Source: Octopus sinensis
Lineage: Eukaryota
DNA length: 64,000 nt
Assembly: GCF_006345805.1 (NCBI RefSeq)
Contig: NC_043011.1
Span: forward strand, 61,020,464 to 61,084,463
Direction of reading: 5' to 3'
The stretch's first letter is position 1. Each line of letters starts with the position of its first letter. The notes below the pieces were generated by a model that saw nothing but the letters and a program-made list of their open reading frames with translations, was not told where the DNA came from and ran no database searches. A program made the position numbers and the translations under genes. Of this stretch, positions 51,316 through 63,876 are shown one piece after another.

Positions 51316-54150
51316 TCATCATCATCATCATCATCATCATCATTTAGCGTCCGTTTTCCATGCTAGCATGGGTGGACGGTTCTACTGGGGTCTGTGAAGC
51401 CAGAAGGCTTCATCAGGCCCAGTCAAATCTGGCAGTGTTTCTACGGCTGGATGCCCTTCCTAACGCCAACCACTCCGTGAGTGTAGTGGGTGCTTTTTAC
51501 GTGCCACCCGCACTGGTGCCAGACAGAGCTGGCAAACGGCCACGAACGGATGGTGCTTTTTATGTGCCACCGGCACGAGGGCCAGGCGAGGCTGGCAACG
51601 GACACGAAACGGGGCGGTGCTGGCAACGGTCGCGAAACGGAAAGTTCTCTTACATGCCACCGGCACTGGTAACACATCTGCAATTTCCATTGATCGATTT
51701 CCATTGATCGATTTCGATTCTGATCCTCACTTGCCTCAATGGTCTTCACAAGCAGAGTTTCGACATGCCACCGGCACTGGTAGCACATCCGCAATTTCCA
51801 TTGATCGATTTAGATTCTGATCCTCACTTGCCTCAACACGTCTTCACAAGTAGAGTTTTGTGTCCCAAGAAGGGAAGGTATGCATACGTAGGCTGGCTCC
51901 ATCCCATGTAGAAGGCCACGGGTTGTGGACTCACTTGTCCTGCCGGGTCTTCTCGCGCACAGCACACTTCCAGAGGTCTCGGTCTCTAGTCATTTCCTCA
52001 GTGAGACCTAAAGTTCGAAGGTCGTGCTTCACCACCTCGTCCCAGGTTTTCCTGGGTCTGCCTCTTCCACAGGTTCCCTCAACCGCTAGGGTGTGACACT
52101 TTTTCACACAACTATCTTCATCCATTCTCGCCACATGACCATACCAGCGCAAACGTCTCTCTTGCACACCACAACTGATGCTTCTTAGGTCCAGCTTTTC
52201 TCTCAAGGTACTTACTCTGCCGAGTGTGAGTACCGGCATTACACATCCATCGGAGCATACTGGCTTCATTTCTAGCGAGCTTACGCATATCCTCAGCAGT
52301 CACGGCCCATGTTTCACTGCCATGTAGCATGGCTGTTCGTACACACGCATCATACAGTCTGCCTTTCACTCTGTGCGAGAGGCCTTTTGTCACCAGCAGA
52401 GGTAAGAGCTCTCTGAACTTTGCCCAAGCTATTCTTACTCTAGCAGTTACACTTTCAGCACACCCGCCCCCGCTGCTGACTTGGTCACCTAGGTAACGGA
52501 AACTATCAACTATTTCTAGTTTTTCTCCCTGGAAAGTGACGGAAGTTGGTCTCAGAGCATTTTCAGTGTTTATTGTTCCTGAGCATCTGCCACATACAAA
52601 AACCATCTTCCTAGTTAGCCTTCCTTTGACATTGCTGCATCTCTTATGTGTCCATAGCTTACACTTGGTGCATCTTATAGAGTTTCTACCTACACCTTTT
52701 CTACAGATCGAGCAGGGCCATCTACCTGAAGGTGTTTGTGATTTGTCTACCTTCCTACTGATTACGACTTTGGTTTTAGCTAGATTGACTCTGAGGCCCT
52801 TCGATTCTAATCCTTGTTTCCACACCTGAAACTTCTCCTCCAGTTCTGATAGCGACTCAGCAATTAGAGCAAGGTCTCATAGCATAGAGGAGCTCCCAAG
52901 GGCATCCTGTCTTGAATTCCTCGTTATTGCCTGGAGGACTATGATAAATAGGAGGGGGCTGAGTACTGAGCCTTGGTGGACCCCTACTCTACCGGAATTC
53001 TTCACTGTACTCATTTCCAACCCTCACCCTACTAGCGGCGTCCTATACATGGCCCGCACAGCTCTCACTAACCATTCATCTATCCCTAGTTTTCTCATTG
53101 CCCACCAGATAAGGGATCGGGGGGACCCTGTCGAAGGCTTTCCCATGTCAACAAAAGCCAGGTACAGGGGCTTATCTTTGGCTAGGTATTTCTCCTGCAG
53201 CTGCCTTACCAGGAATATAGCATCAGTAGTACTTTTCCCTGGCACAAACCCAAACTGCATCTCATCTAAACTAACTCTCTCTCTAATTAGTTGGGCTATG
53301 ACCCTCTCCGTAACCTTCATCACCTGGTCCAACAGCTTGATACCTCTGTAGTTATTTGTATCTAGGGCATCACCTTTACCTTTGTAGCAGTTGACTATTA
53401 TACTGCTACACCAGTCATTGGGTATGACCCCTTGTGTATCACCTGATTAACTATATGGGTGACTAGGCTATAGCCGACACTACCAGACATTTTGAGCATC
53501 TCTGCAGTGATTCCTGATGGACCTGGGGCTTTCCCTGTCTTCATGCTTCTAATTGCCTTAGCCACAGAACTATCAACTCGGATAGCTGGTCCCTCTGTTG
53601 GGTCAACATTCGGCAGACTCTCTTTATCCCATTCATTTTCTTCATTCAGCAACCTTTCATAGTGGCATCTCAAACCTCTCTCTTCGCATCCTCATTTAGC
53701 GCAAGTGAACCATCTTCCATGCGAACACACTTCTCTCCTACCACATCACGATTCTCTCTCAAACACTGTCTTGCAACACGAAACACCTCCAGTCTTTGGT
53801 CCTCACGGCGCAGAACATTGGCAAATTTTTTCTTATCTGCTTCCACTCTGGCTAAATAAACCTGTCTCCTAGCTTCTCTTTTGGCAGTCTGATACAATTC
53901 CCTGCTACCCCCTTTTCCAGACCTTCCAAGCCTGTCTCTTTTCTCTAATAGCCCTGTCTACAATATTGTTCCACCACCACGTTATTCTAGGTCGAGAGGG
54001 GACTTTGCACCAGCCACAGATCTTGTCAGTGGCTCTCAGCAGGTTGTCCCTTAGAAACGTCCAGCTGTCTTCTACCCCCTGTGATGCTCTATCCCCTTCT
54101 ACTTCGTCAGAGGCTTCAAGTAATATGTCCCTAAATCTCTGTCCATTTGC
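51316..54150 (-). mobile_element. RTE-clade non-LTR retrotransposon, 5'-truncated (copy 2, diverged from copy 1)
   Basis: MQFGFVPGKSTTDAIF, MWKQGLESKGLRVNLAKTK, FRYLG, LYDACVRTAMLHGSETW, RGRPRKTW; (GAT)n tail at 51316-51343; many 1-nt frameshifts. Confidence 0.92.
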
Positions 54151-54183
<33 letters not shown>

Positions 54184-54289
54184 CGTAGCAGCCACACCAG
54201 CGGTTCGATTCTGAGAGGGAGTATAATTCGGCTACTTTATTCTTTATTTTCCGACTTCGAATTAAAAATAATAAAGTAATGGGAAACCT

Positions 54290-54640
54290 CGTCCCGGTGA
54301 GATTTGAACTGAGAGCGTAGGTTAGTGAAACAAAAATCTCAAAGCATCATCCCAACGTTCTAATGACTCTGCTAGTTCATCACCCAGTGACAAATCGGTT
54401 CCAAATTTTGGCACAAGGCCAGCAATTTCTTTCCTTTCTACTCTAGGTAGAAGGGCCGAAATTTTGGGGGAGGGGGCCAGTCGATTAGATCGCCGTATTG
54501 TCAACTGGTAATTATTTTAACGACCTCGTGAGTCTGAAGAGTAAAGTCGACCTCGGCGAAAATTGAACTATGAACGTAAAGACGGATAAAATACTGATAA
54601 GTGTTTTGTCCGGCATGCTAACAATTCTACTAGCTTTCCA
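54290..54640 (-). mobile_element. SINE family A, decayed, tail A2 partly duplicated, with an adjacent head fragment
   Basis: AAAGTCGACCTCGGCG..GAACTATGAACGT; GCACAAGGCC and GAAGGGCCGAAATTTTGGGG. Confidence 0.7.
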
Positions 54641-54695
54641 CCTTTCACCCAGGCCCTAACTGAAATGATCGAATAATTATACTAAACAATTGCAT

Positions 54696-55049
54696 AGGCG
54701 TAGGAGTGGCCCTGTCGTAAGTAGCTTGCCTAACAACCACACGGGTCAGGGTTCAGTCCCACTGCGTGGCACCTTGGGCAAGTGTCGTCTACTATAGCCT
54801 CGGACTGACCAAAGCCTTGCGAGTGAATTAATAGATGGAAACTGAAAGAAACACATCGTATGTGTGTATATATATATATGTTTGTATGTCTGTGTTTGCC
54901 CCCCCCCCCTTAGCAGTTCAGCAAAAGACCGATAGAATAAGTACTAGTCTTACAAAGAATAAGTCCTGGGGTCGATTTGTTCGACTAAAGGCGGTGCTCC
55001 AGCATGGCCGCAGTCAAATGGCTGAAATAAATAAAAGAATAAAAGAATA
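54696..55049 (+). mobile_element. SINE family B, best-preserved copy
   Basis: Head GGCGTAGGAGTGGC..GGTTCAGTCC, CCTTGGGCAAGTG, central module CTGGGGTCGATTTGTTCGACT, tail GGCGGTGCTCCAGCATGGCCGCAGTCAAATGGCTGAAA. Confidence 0.9.
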
Positions 55050-55449
55050 AATTGTGGTCACGAAAAACCATTTGTCGTTGAAAGAACTGACCATATATAA
55101 TAATATAATTTCGAATTTTTACGTAATTCATGACAGAATGTTTGGAATAACGTAAAACAGAAGTCAAAACCCATTCGCCTTTTATATTCTTGTTTGAGGT
55201 CAGCGGATCATTGTTCGTGCGACAGGGCTGCCATTGGAATTCAATACGTACGAAATGAACCGAGAAATAAATTAACCGTTTACGTTCCCGTAACATAGCA
55301 ACCAGATAAGCTTAAATACATGTAAATACTGGGGTCAATCTGTTTGACTAAAACCTTTCAAAGTAGTGCTCCAGCATGGCCGCATCCAAATGACAGGAGC
55401 AAGGAATACATGTGTGTGTGTGTATACGCATACACAGACACATCAGTGA

Positions 55450-55816
55450 AGGCGCATAGCTCTGTGGTTAAAGTGGCGAGGTTGTGAGTTCGATTCCCGG
55501 ATCGAGTTGCGTGTTCTACTCTTGTTGTTGAGCAAGACACTTTATTTCCCATTGCTCTACTTGACCCATCTGTAGAAATGAGTTACGACGTCACCGGTGC
55601 CTAGCTGTATCGGCCCCTTTGCCTTTCCTTTGGGCAACATCGGTCCAGTGTAGAGGGGAGGCTAGTATGCATAGGCGATTGCTGGCCTGCCATAATCAAC
55701 CTTGGTATCACGATTGCTGGCCTTCCATAATCAACCCAAGGTACCACGCAGTGGGACTGAACCCGCAACCATGTGGTTGTTAAGCAAGCTACTTACCACA
55801 CAGCCCCTCCTGCGCC
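55450..55816. mobile_element. SINE family C (plus, ~55450-55700) followed by a SINE family B head (minus, ~55735-55816)
   Basis: GGCGCATAGCTCTGTGGTTAA..GAGTTCGATTCC..GAGCAAGACACTTTATTTC, then CCAAGGTACCACGCAGTGGGACTGAACC. Confidence 0.75.
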
Positions 55817-56849
55817 TAAAATATTTACTTAAAATCTTAACGTTTAATTTATACATAGTTTTAAATAGATACCTGCACATACATATATACACAAAAACAA
55901 AATGTTATTTGAATGTCAGACATGTTTCTTCCTTTCGTTATACGCCTGTTTGAACTGACTGAATATCAGACAATAGCAAATGATACTATCAACCCAGAAT
56001 AACTGTCTTCGCCATCTCTGCCTCTCAACTCACTTCCGAAAAGTGCATACTGTCGCCTCCTTATCTTCTCTATTCCTACCTTATTAGACAGCCAATTCTA
56101 TCTACCTACGCTAAATCCAGTTCTTATTCACATTACTTCATCTACTCAAAGAACAACGTTTCCAAAGACTATATGGAGCCAGAAAGATCAAAGCAATACA
56201 GTGATGACGCCGGGTAAACCGAAACTTCGAAGTGAGTGACAATATTTTCTTAGGAATAAAATTGATATAAATTTATTCTTGATGTCATCAGAATTGATAA
56301 CCTCCGAAAGAATATAAAATAATTCTTTATTGGTGTATGGGGTGGGGAGGAGAGCGATGGGTTTCGAAGCAAATAAGGCTATAAATAACACCATGTAAAT
56401 ATTGTGTTGCAATCCCTTTTGGATAGAAAAATCGAAGACTGCCCTTGGGACACGATTTCACAACCCTTGTGAACATGACACGGAAAGCCGTTGACGTTTT
56501 CTATTCCAAGGGTTGTTAACGACTCTCTAAGTTCCGAGTTCAATTTTCACTTCGGTCAATCTTGCGTTTCATCTCTTCCAGTACCAGTCATATACTGGGG
56601 TTTTGTTCTTCCTTAAAATTCTGTTCTTGTACATTTAGTAGGAATAATTATTTTAAAAGTAGCGGATTGGCAAATTCGTTAGAGTGTCGGATAAATTCCG
56701 GCTCTTTACATTCTGGGTTCAAATCCGGCCCGGGAAAAATTGTCTCTCATTCAATATAATGCAATATCTATAAAGTACGGGGATCGATGTATCGATTAAT
56801 CCCATCTCCGCTCATCATTTGTTGTCATTTGCCTAATTAGAGACAATTA

Positions 56850-57050
56850 CTGGTTCCAAATGTTGGCACAAGGACAGCAGTTTCGATGACGGGTGTATGT
56901 CGACCCCAGTACTCAACTGGTACTTATTCTATCGACTGCGAAAGGACGAAAAGCAAAGTCCAGCCCGACGGCACTTGAACTCAGAATTTGGAAGAAATGG
57001 TGCCAAGCATTTTTTCCGGTGTGGAACCGGTTCTGCCAGCTCGCCGCCTT
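56850..57050 (-). mobile_element. SINE family A, decayed
   Basis: TCGACCCCAGTAC..GAACTCAGAA..CTGCCAGCTCGCCGCCTT. Confidence 0.75.
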
Positions 57051-58691
57051 AATTAGAAACGAATATTATAAAATCGATAGCATGGGACAATCGTCGGAAA
57101 AATTACTTTGAGATATTTTGATGGTTCATTAGGTTCTGAGTTCAAATCTCACCGGGAACAATTTACGTGGTCGATAGAATAAGGTACCAACCATGTACTG
57201 GAGTTGATGTAATCGATTAAAACCCGCCCCGTCCCAAATTACTGCCGTATGTCGTGACTATTTTGAAATCAACGCAGCAACTATTTCGTGCAGGGCTTAG
57301 AACATATCGACCCCCACCGATATTTTACTGGAACTACGTTTTACTGACGCTGGAAGAATTAAAAGGGGAAAAAAACGGGCGTATTTTTCTTAATATATTG
57401 ACTAGTCGCAGCAGGTTCCTCTACGTACTGTTGGATTTGCTAGAAAGTACAGCCAAATATATCTCAAATCACACCTGACCGCTTTAAAAAAGGTGATCTA
57501 AATTAAAACCTTTCGGTAAAATTTCAGGCTAATTTATGTTCCTAATACCAGTTTAATTAGGAAAAAGATATCTTATTAAATTTTTCATCATTTTAAAAAT
57601 CAATTGACAGTAAACAATTTTATTTCAACTAATATACGAAAAATGGGGTTAATCAGAAACTATTATAATTATTAGTAGAAATATGGAAAGTTCAAATTCC
57701 GACAAATACCGGTGATGTACGGTTTGCTTTCATCAGTTATACATCTTCCCAAGTAATTCCGCACATTTTTTTTACGATTCTTCCAGGTCGCTTTCTTATT
57801 TCGATCTTTTAAGATAATAACCAAAACTTAGTAACATTGTAAAATTCTGACAGTTTTAAACAAAAACTATCTTGCAACGTTGAGGAAAATCTCAGCGTTA
57901 CAAAAAGAAAAATAATTATAAAACCAAGCTTTAGAAAACATTGTGACCCCAACTTCAAACTTCGCAAATTTTTGCCTTTTGTTAATGTTTAGAGTTTCCT
58001 TGTTAATGTTTTTGTTTCTTAGACATCACAGCCTAACCGCAATTTTGTTTCTTATCAGAGATTAGAATTTCAACTTCACTATGAAGACATAATCTGCAGC
58101 AGTCCTCTTGGGAATGAATGTCTTGATAACTTTGAATTTAACAAGTCGTTGTTTTCTAAGCAACTAAGCCCTTGTATGTTTTATCAAATCCTACATGCGA
58201 CTTTACAACTATTCTGCTTTCTTATCAATGAATACTTACGTACGTGTATACACACATACGTACATGCATACAAGCATAGATATATATACAGATACGTAAA
58301 TTTATCCATCAAACATTCCATCCATTCATACATAAGTGCGTAAAGACACGTACGCACAACAAACATGTCTGCACGTATAAAGATATCTACTTGCATATAA
58401 GTATATCTACACGGATATAGACACACGTGTACATGCAAACACATGTCTACATTTATAAAGTCACCTTCACATATACACATACAAATATACACCAATACAA
58501 ATACATACGTGCACATACATTTACACGCATATACAGTGTCACTGGCCCTGCTCTACCTCCTTTTATGTCTTTAGCTATGCATTTTTCCCCAGCACAACAA
58601 AGTGTATCTTGCACAGAATCTTCTGGAATATTTCTTATCACATAAAACTAACCCATTGCAGGGTGACGCCATATCATTTTAACACTGACAT

Positions 58692-59520
58692 AAGGCAGTG
58701 AGCTGGCAGACACGTTAGCACGCCGGGCGAAATGCTTAGTGGTACTTCGTTTGTCTTTACATTCTGAGTTAATATTCTGCCGACGTCGATTTTGCCTTTT
58801 ATCTTTTCGGGGTTGATTAAATCAGTACCAGTTACGCACTGGGGGTGATGTAATCGACTCAATCTGTCCTTGCTTGTGCCCTCTATGTTTAGCCCACCCT
58901 CCCTTGAGGGCAATATCATTTTAACACTGGCATAAGGTGGCGAGCTGGCAGAAACGTTAGCACGTCGGGCGAAATGCTTAGCCGTATTTCGTCTGCCGTT
59001 ATGTTCTGAGTTCAAATTCCGCCGAGGTCGACTTTGCCTTTTATCTTTTCGGGGTTGATTAAATACGTACCAGTTACGCACTGGGGTCGATATTATCGAC
59101 TTAATCCGTTTGTCTGTCATTGTTTGTCCTCTCTGTGTTTAGCCCCTTGTGGGTCGTAAAGAAATAGGTATTTAGTCTGCCGCTGCGTTCTGAGTTCAAA
59201 TTCCGCCAACATCGACTTTGCCTTTTATCTTTTCGGGGTCGATTACATAAGTACCAGTTACGCACTGAGGTCGATATAATCGACTTAATCCGTTTGTCTG
59301 TCCTTGTTTGTCCTCTCTGTGTTTAGCCCCTTGTAAGCAGTATAGAAATAGGTATTTCGTCTGTTTTTACGTTCTGAATTCAAATTTCACCGAGGTCGAC
59401 TTTGCCTTTCATCCTTTCGGCGTCGATTAATCTAAGTACCAGTTAAATTACTGGGGTCGTTCTAATCGACTAGTCCCCTCTCCCAAAATGGTTGCCCTTG
59501 TGGCAAAATTTGAAATTATT
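58692..59520 (+). mobile_element. Tandem tetramer of SINE family A
   Basis: Two headed units (58692, 58934), then two headless units (~59161, ~59345). The last unit ends in tail A2. Confidence 0.9.
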
Positions 59521-60774
59521 ATAACATTTACATGACCTACCAACTAGGGAGTCTCTGCGTCGAAGTTTGACCTACTAGAAAGAACAGCCAAACTTCTATC
59601 TGAATTCTCTGTCTTAAAAGAAAAAGAAAAAAGGAACTGAAAGCCACATTGGAGAAATGTAGTTGTTTTGTTAAACAAAAATCAGGCAGCTCAAAGCCAA
59701 AATGTCGTTGATTATCGCAATTCTCAATTAATTCTCTGATCAAAGCAAATAAATGCATGAGTTAAAATGAGGAAGATTATCAGTGTTTTTAAGTGGAATG
59801 TTTGAAGAATTCTGTTATTTTTTACTTACTTGAGTCATTAAACTGGGGCCATGCTGGCTATGCATCTGTTTTGCAAGATTCTTGTTGTGAAATCTTGTGT
59901 TGAAACAGATACTGTTATATTTGGGGGAGGTCATTTTGCTAATAAGTACACGCACTATTCACATTGATCTTCTCTTTAGCTTTAATATTATTATTAGTTT
60001 ATTTGTCATATGAGATCTCTGTTTCAGCTTTAATTTTATTATTAGTTTATTTGTCAAAAGTGAAGATCGAATAAAGGATGCGTGTGTTTATTAGCAAAAC
60101 AGTCGTCCCAAAATATAATATGTTAAAAGGCACTTACCCAGACGGTTACATAGTGAGGTGTAATATAGAACCATATCGTTTCGTGACATCTAATAAACCC
60201 AAATCTACCACCCTAGCCTAAAATCAACACATAACGACCATTTACTAGTTTCGCATGCTATCACTTCCCAGTGATCTTTGTGACGTCACTGTAACCAGCT
60301 TCCGGTTGGTTACAGACAGAATGACATAATGTTAGATATCATCGCATCATCACTTATATGACCAACTGGTGGTTTCCACATCTTACAAGCTTGGTAAGCT
60401 GCTCTATCACATTAAATGGAACTTTGATGGTGTAGTCCTGCGATATACGATCGAGAATTAATTAACTAAACAGACAATTCCATTAGTCACTCTGTAGAAT
60501 TGAAATGTCTTTGTTCTGCATTGCACTTGCAAAACGAAAACAGAACAATTCTATAATATGAGTCATAGAATTGTCTGAATTTACATAGAATTGCCATACT
60601 TGCTCATGTACATACATCCAAACATGCATATATACATACAGGCATAAACTCTCTCTCTCTCTCTCTCTATTTCAGACACCACCCCACACATATAACTATA
60701 TTTATAGACATAATGATATATGGGTGGTTGTTTGTGTGTGAATATATATATATATATATATAAAGTTAATCCAA

Positions 60775-60960
60775 ACATGAAAACACAAAGAGAAAACAAT
60801 AACGCTAGAACGAGGAGCAAGTATAGTGTTATTGGACGCTCAGGAAAGGAAAGAAAGAAGGAGGATTTAATGTTTCGAGCAGAGCTCTTCGTCAGAAACA
60901 GGAAAAAGAAAGATCCAAGGAAGGGAAAACGGAGAAAGAAAATCGCCAACGATGCACACG
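60775..60960 (-). mobile_element. Penelope-type terminal fragment with an HHR motif (60866-60898)
   Basis: Minus strand reads TTT-CTGACGA-A-GAGC(TCT)GCTC-GAA-ACATT-A-AA. Canonical core; the palindrome is probably AACGTT with CpG decay. Confidence 0.6.
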
Positions 60961-61064
60961 CGGTCACATATATATGTATGTGTGTGTACGAATGTATGGG
61001 TGAATGTATATACATATATATATGTATATGTTTATATATATATATATACGTTTATATATGTATA

Positions 61065-61129
<65 letters not shown>

Positions 61130-61197
61130 GTATATGCTTATAGGTATATATATGTATATGTTTATATATATATATGTATGTATATGTATGTATGTAT

Positions 61198-61287
<90 letters not shown>

Positions 61288-61288
<1 letters not shown>

Positions 61289-63050
61289 CATAAAACATAA
61301 CCTCCAAAACAACATGATGTTTATCATTAATAGTCAGAGAAGAGCTGAAGTGTTCTCATTTGCAAAACAACACAAAGTTACTGGCTCTACTGTTGGCCCT
61401 CTGATTGATGAAAATAGTACTCTTCAAGACAATGCCAAAACCATGGGAGTGATATTGCAGAAACAATACTGCCCTGTTTTCAGCAATCCTGATATGGCTG
61501 ATCTGGGCTGTATCACTGATGTTACTCCCCAATACACTTTATCGGACATAACCTTTGGCGCTCCTGATGTCTTAGCAGCAATAAAGGAAATGAAGCATAA
61601 TTCAGCAGTAGGTCCCGATAGGTTCCCTGCTTGTGTCTTGAAGATGTGTCAACACCAACTTGCACCCCCTCTAGCCAATCTGTGGCGGAACTCACTGGAT
61701 GCTGGATATATACCAGAAAACCTTCTATCCCAGTCTGTTGTCCCAGTTTTCAAAAAAGGAAACAAATCCCTTGTCGTGAATTACCATCCAATCTCACTCA
61801 CCTCTCATATCATTAAGGTATTTGAGAGAGTGGTGAGATCGCGTATGACTCACTTCCTTGAGAGTCATAATATGCTGAACTCCAACCAGCATGGATTCCG
61901 TAATGGAAGGGATTGCCTGACACAGCTACTACATCAATTCGATGACATTTTGAGAGCCTTGGGAGAGGGTTCCAACACTGATGTTATCTACCTTGATTTC
62001 AGCAAGGCCTTTGACAGGGTTGATCATAAGATCCTTTTGAGAAAGCTGTCCAATATTGGTGTCACTGGAAAGCTACTGCAGTGGATCAAGTGCTTCCTGT
62101 CTAACAGAACCCAACATGTTGTCGTCGAAAGAGTCAAATCCAGCCCAGCCAAAGTCAGTAGTGGCGTCCCACAAGGCACTGTGTTGGGCCCACTTCTCTT
62201 CATCATCTACATTAATGACATCACTGACATCATCAAACACAGTAACATCAGAATCTTCGCTGATGCTTCCAAGCTCCAGAAGGTCATCAATGGCGTGGAT
62301 GACCGAATAAGCCTTCAGTCAGACCTACTGGCTGTTGTCCAATGGGCGGAAAAGAACAACATGTTGCTAAACGAAGACAAATTCGAATTGATCCACTTTG
62401 GAAGGGAGGACGCTCTGAAACTCCCATACTCCCTTCCTTCTAGTGAAACTCTCATGGCGTCTAACAACATCAGAGACTTGGGAGTATCTGTGGACAACAA
62501 CATAAGCTGGGCTACACATATAAGCAGCAAAGTTGACATGTCCCGCAGAATGTGTTCCTGGATTCTCAGAACCTTCCAGTCGAAAGATTCCCACACCATT
62601 ATCCTTCTCTTCTCCACTTTTGCCCGAACTCACCTGTATGATGTGGAAAATATTCCATCAGCACTGTCCAAATGATGTTGGTATCACCTTCAAAATACAT
62701 CCAAGACTTGGATCCCGTGCCATCCGTCCACAACAAAAATCTAAATCGCATCTCATAACAACATTGCGGCACAATTATTTCACCTCATTAGACCCGCCCT
62801 CTTCAACATTACACCAAGACACGTCAAAACAGAAACTGACCACACAAATTTCAAGAAGATTTTGGACAAATTCCTTCAAACAGTCCCGGACAAACCACCC
62901 ACACCCGGATATGTCTCCGCAAACAATAACTCTCTGCTCGAATGGGTCTTGGTGCCCAAATCCTGAATTGAAAGACTTCACCAGGTGGTGCTATTAAGTT
63001 AGACATGGCCTGGGCCAATACTGGCCAAAACCTTTCTAAGTTATTCTAAG

Positions 63051-63052
<2 letters not shown>
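61288..63052 (+). mobile_element. CR1-type LINE, 5'-truncated, RT region open for ~460 codons but with the catalytic motif altered
   Basis: [52 protein letters not shown] (second Asp is Ala), RDLGV; deletion near 62635; tail TTCTAAGTTA repeated, then (TA)n. Confidence 0.9.
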
Positions 63053-63118
<66 letters not shown>

Positions 63119-63399
63119 GTATGTATACGTATGTGTGTACGTCTGTCACGAAAGTCGCTTGCATCTTGAAACGTAAATCTGAGTTCCACGGATCCGTATT
63201 CTCTCGTTCTCTGTTCAAATGCCACTAATCCCAGCTTTCATACCTGCACGGCGCATACAGTGACGTACGAGAGAGTCACTGGCATTCACGGAATCGACTA
63301 CAAATTCTTCACAAAATTGCTGGCCTCGTTCGAAAATTTGAAACCACATGATCAAGTGGAATCATTAATAAGATGGCCAGTATATCTTGTATGTTTTCC

Positions 63400-63715
63400 G
63401 AAACCCCTTCTGTACGGAGTTCAAATTCCGCCGAAATCAATTTTGAATTTCCTTCATTTAGGAGTCAGTAAAATTAATTACCAGCCAAGGATTGGTAGCT
63501 ATGGTATTTGACAATCCCCACCTAAAATTGTTGGCCTACGATTATTTGCCGGCAGAATCGTTAGCACGTTGGACGAAATGTTTAGCAGTATTTCGCTCGT
63601 CGCTACGTTCTGATTTCGAATTTCGCCGAGGTCGATTTTACCTTTCATACTTTCGGGGTCGATAAATTATGTACCAGTCGAATGTCATCGACTAGTCCCT
63701 CCACTAAATTGGTAG
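63400..63715 (+). mobile_element. Two adjacent decayed SINE family A copies
   Basis: GAGTTCAAATTCCGCCG at ~63418; GGCAGAATCGTTAGCACG..GAGGTCGATTTTACCTTTC at ~63550-63660. Confidence 0.7.
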
Positions 63716-63726
63716 AAAAGTTGAGT

Positions 63727-63783
63727 CTTCTTCTTCTTCTTCTTCTTCTTCTTCTTCTTCTTCTTCTTCTTCTTCTTCTTCTT

Positions 63784-63814
<31 letters not shown>

Positions 63815-63876
63815 TTATTATTATTATTATCATCATCATCATCATCCTCCTCCTCCTCCTCATCATCATTATTATT
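63727..63876. repeat. (TTC)n/(TTA)n/(TCA)n/(TCC)n compound trinucleotide tract
   Basis: Directly visible. Confidence 0.95.

Noticed and set aside
56186-56232. HHR-like GTGATGA..GAA-ACTTCGAAGT
   Set aside because: G at position 3, G at the cleavage position, only a 2-bp stem II and no stem I.
59975-60058. ~47-bp local tandem duplication
   Set aside because: Ordinary slippage duplication in AT-rich DNA.
60720-62675. 651-aa ORF as a single gene
   Set aside because: Chance fusion of an antisense Penelope-type terminus, a (TA)n/(TATG)n tract and a CR1 RT fragment.
63143-63180. CTGTCACGA-AAG..CTT-GAAACGTA
   Set aside because: Two-base insertion in the core and only a 3-bp stem; not distinguishable from chance.
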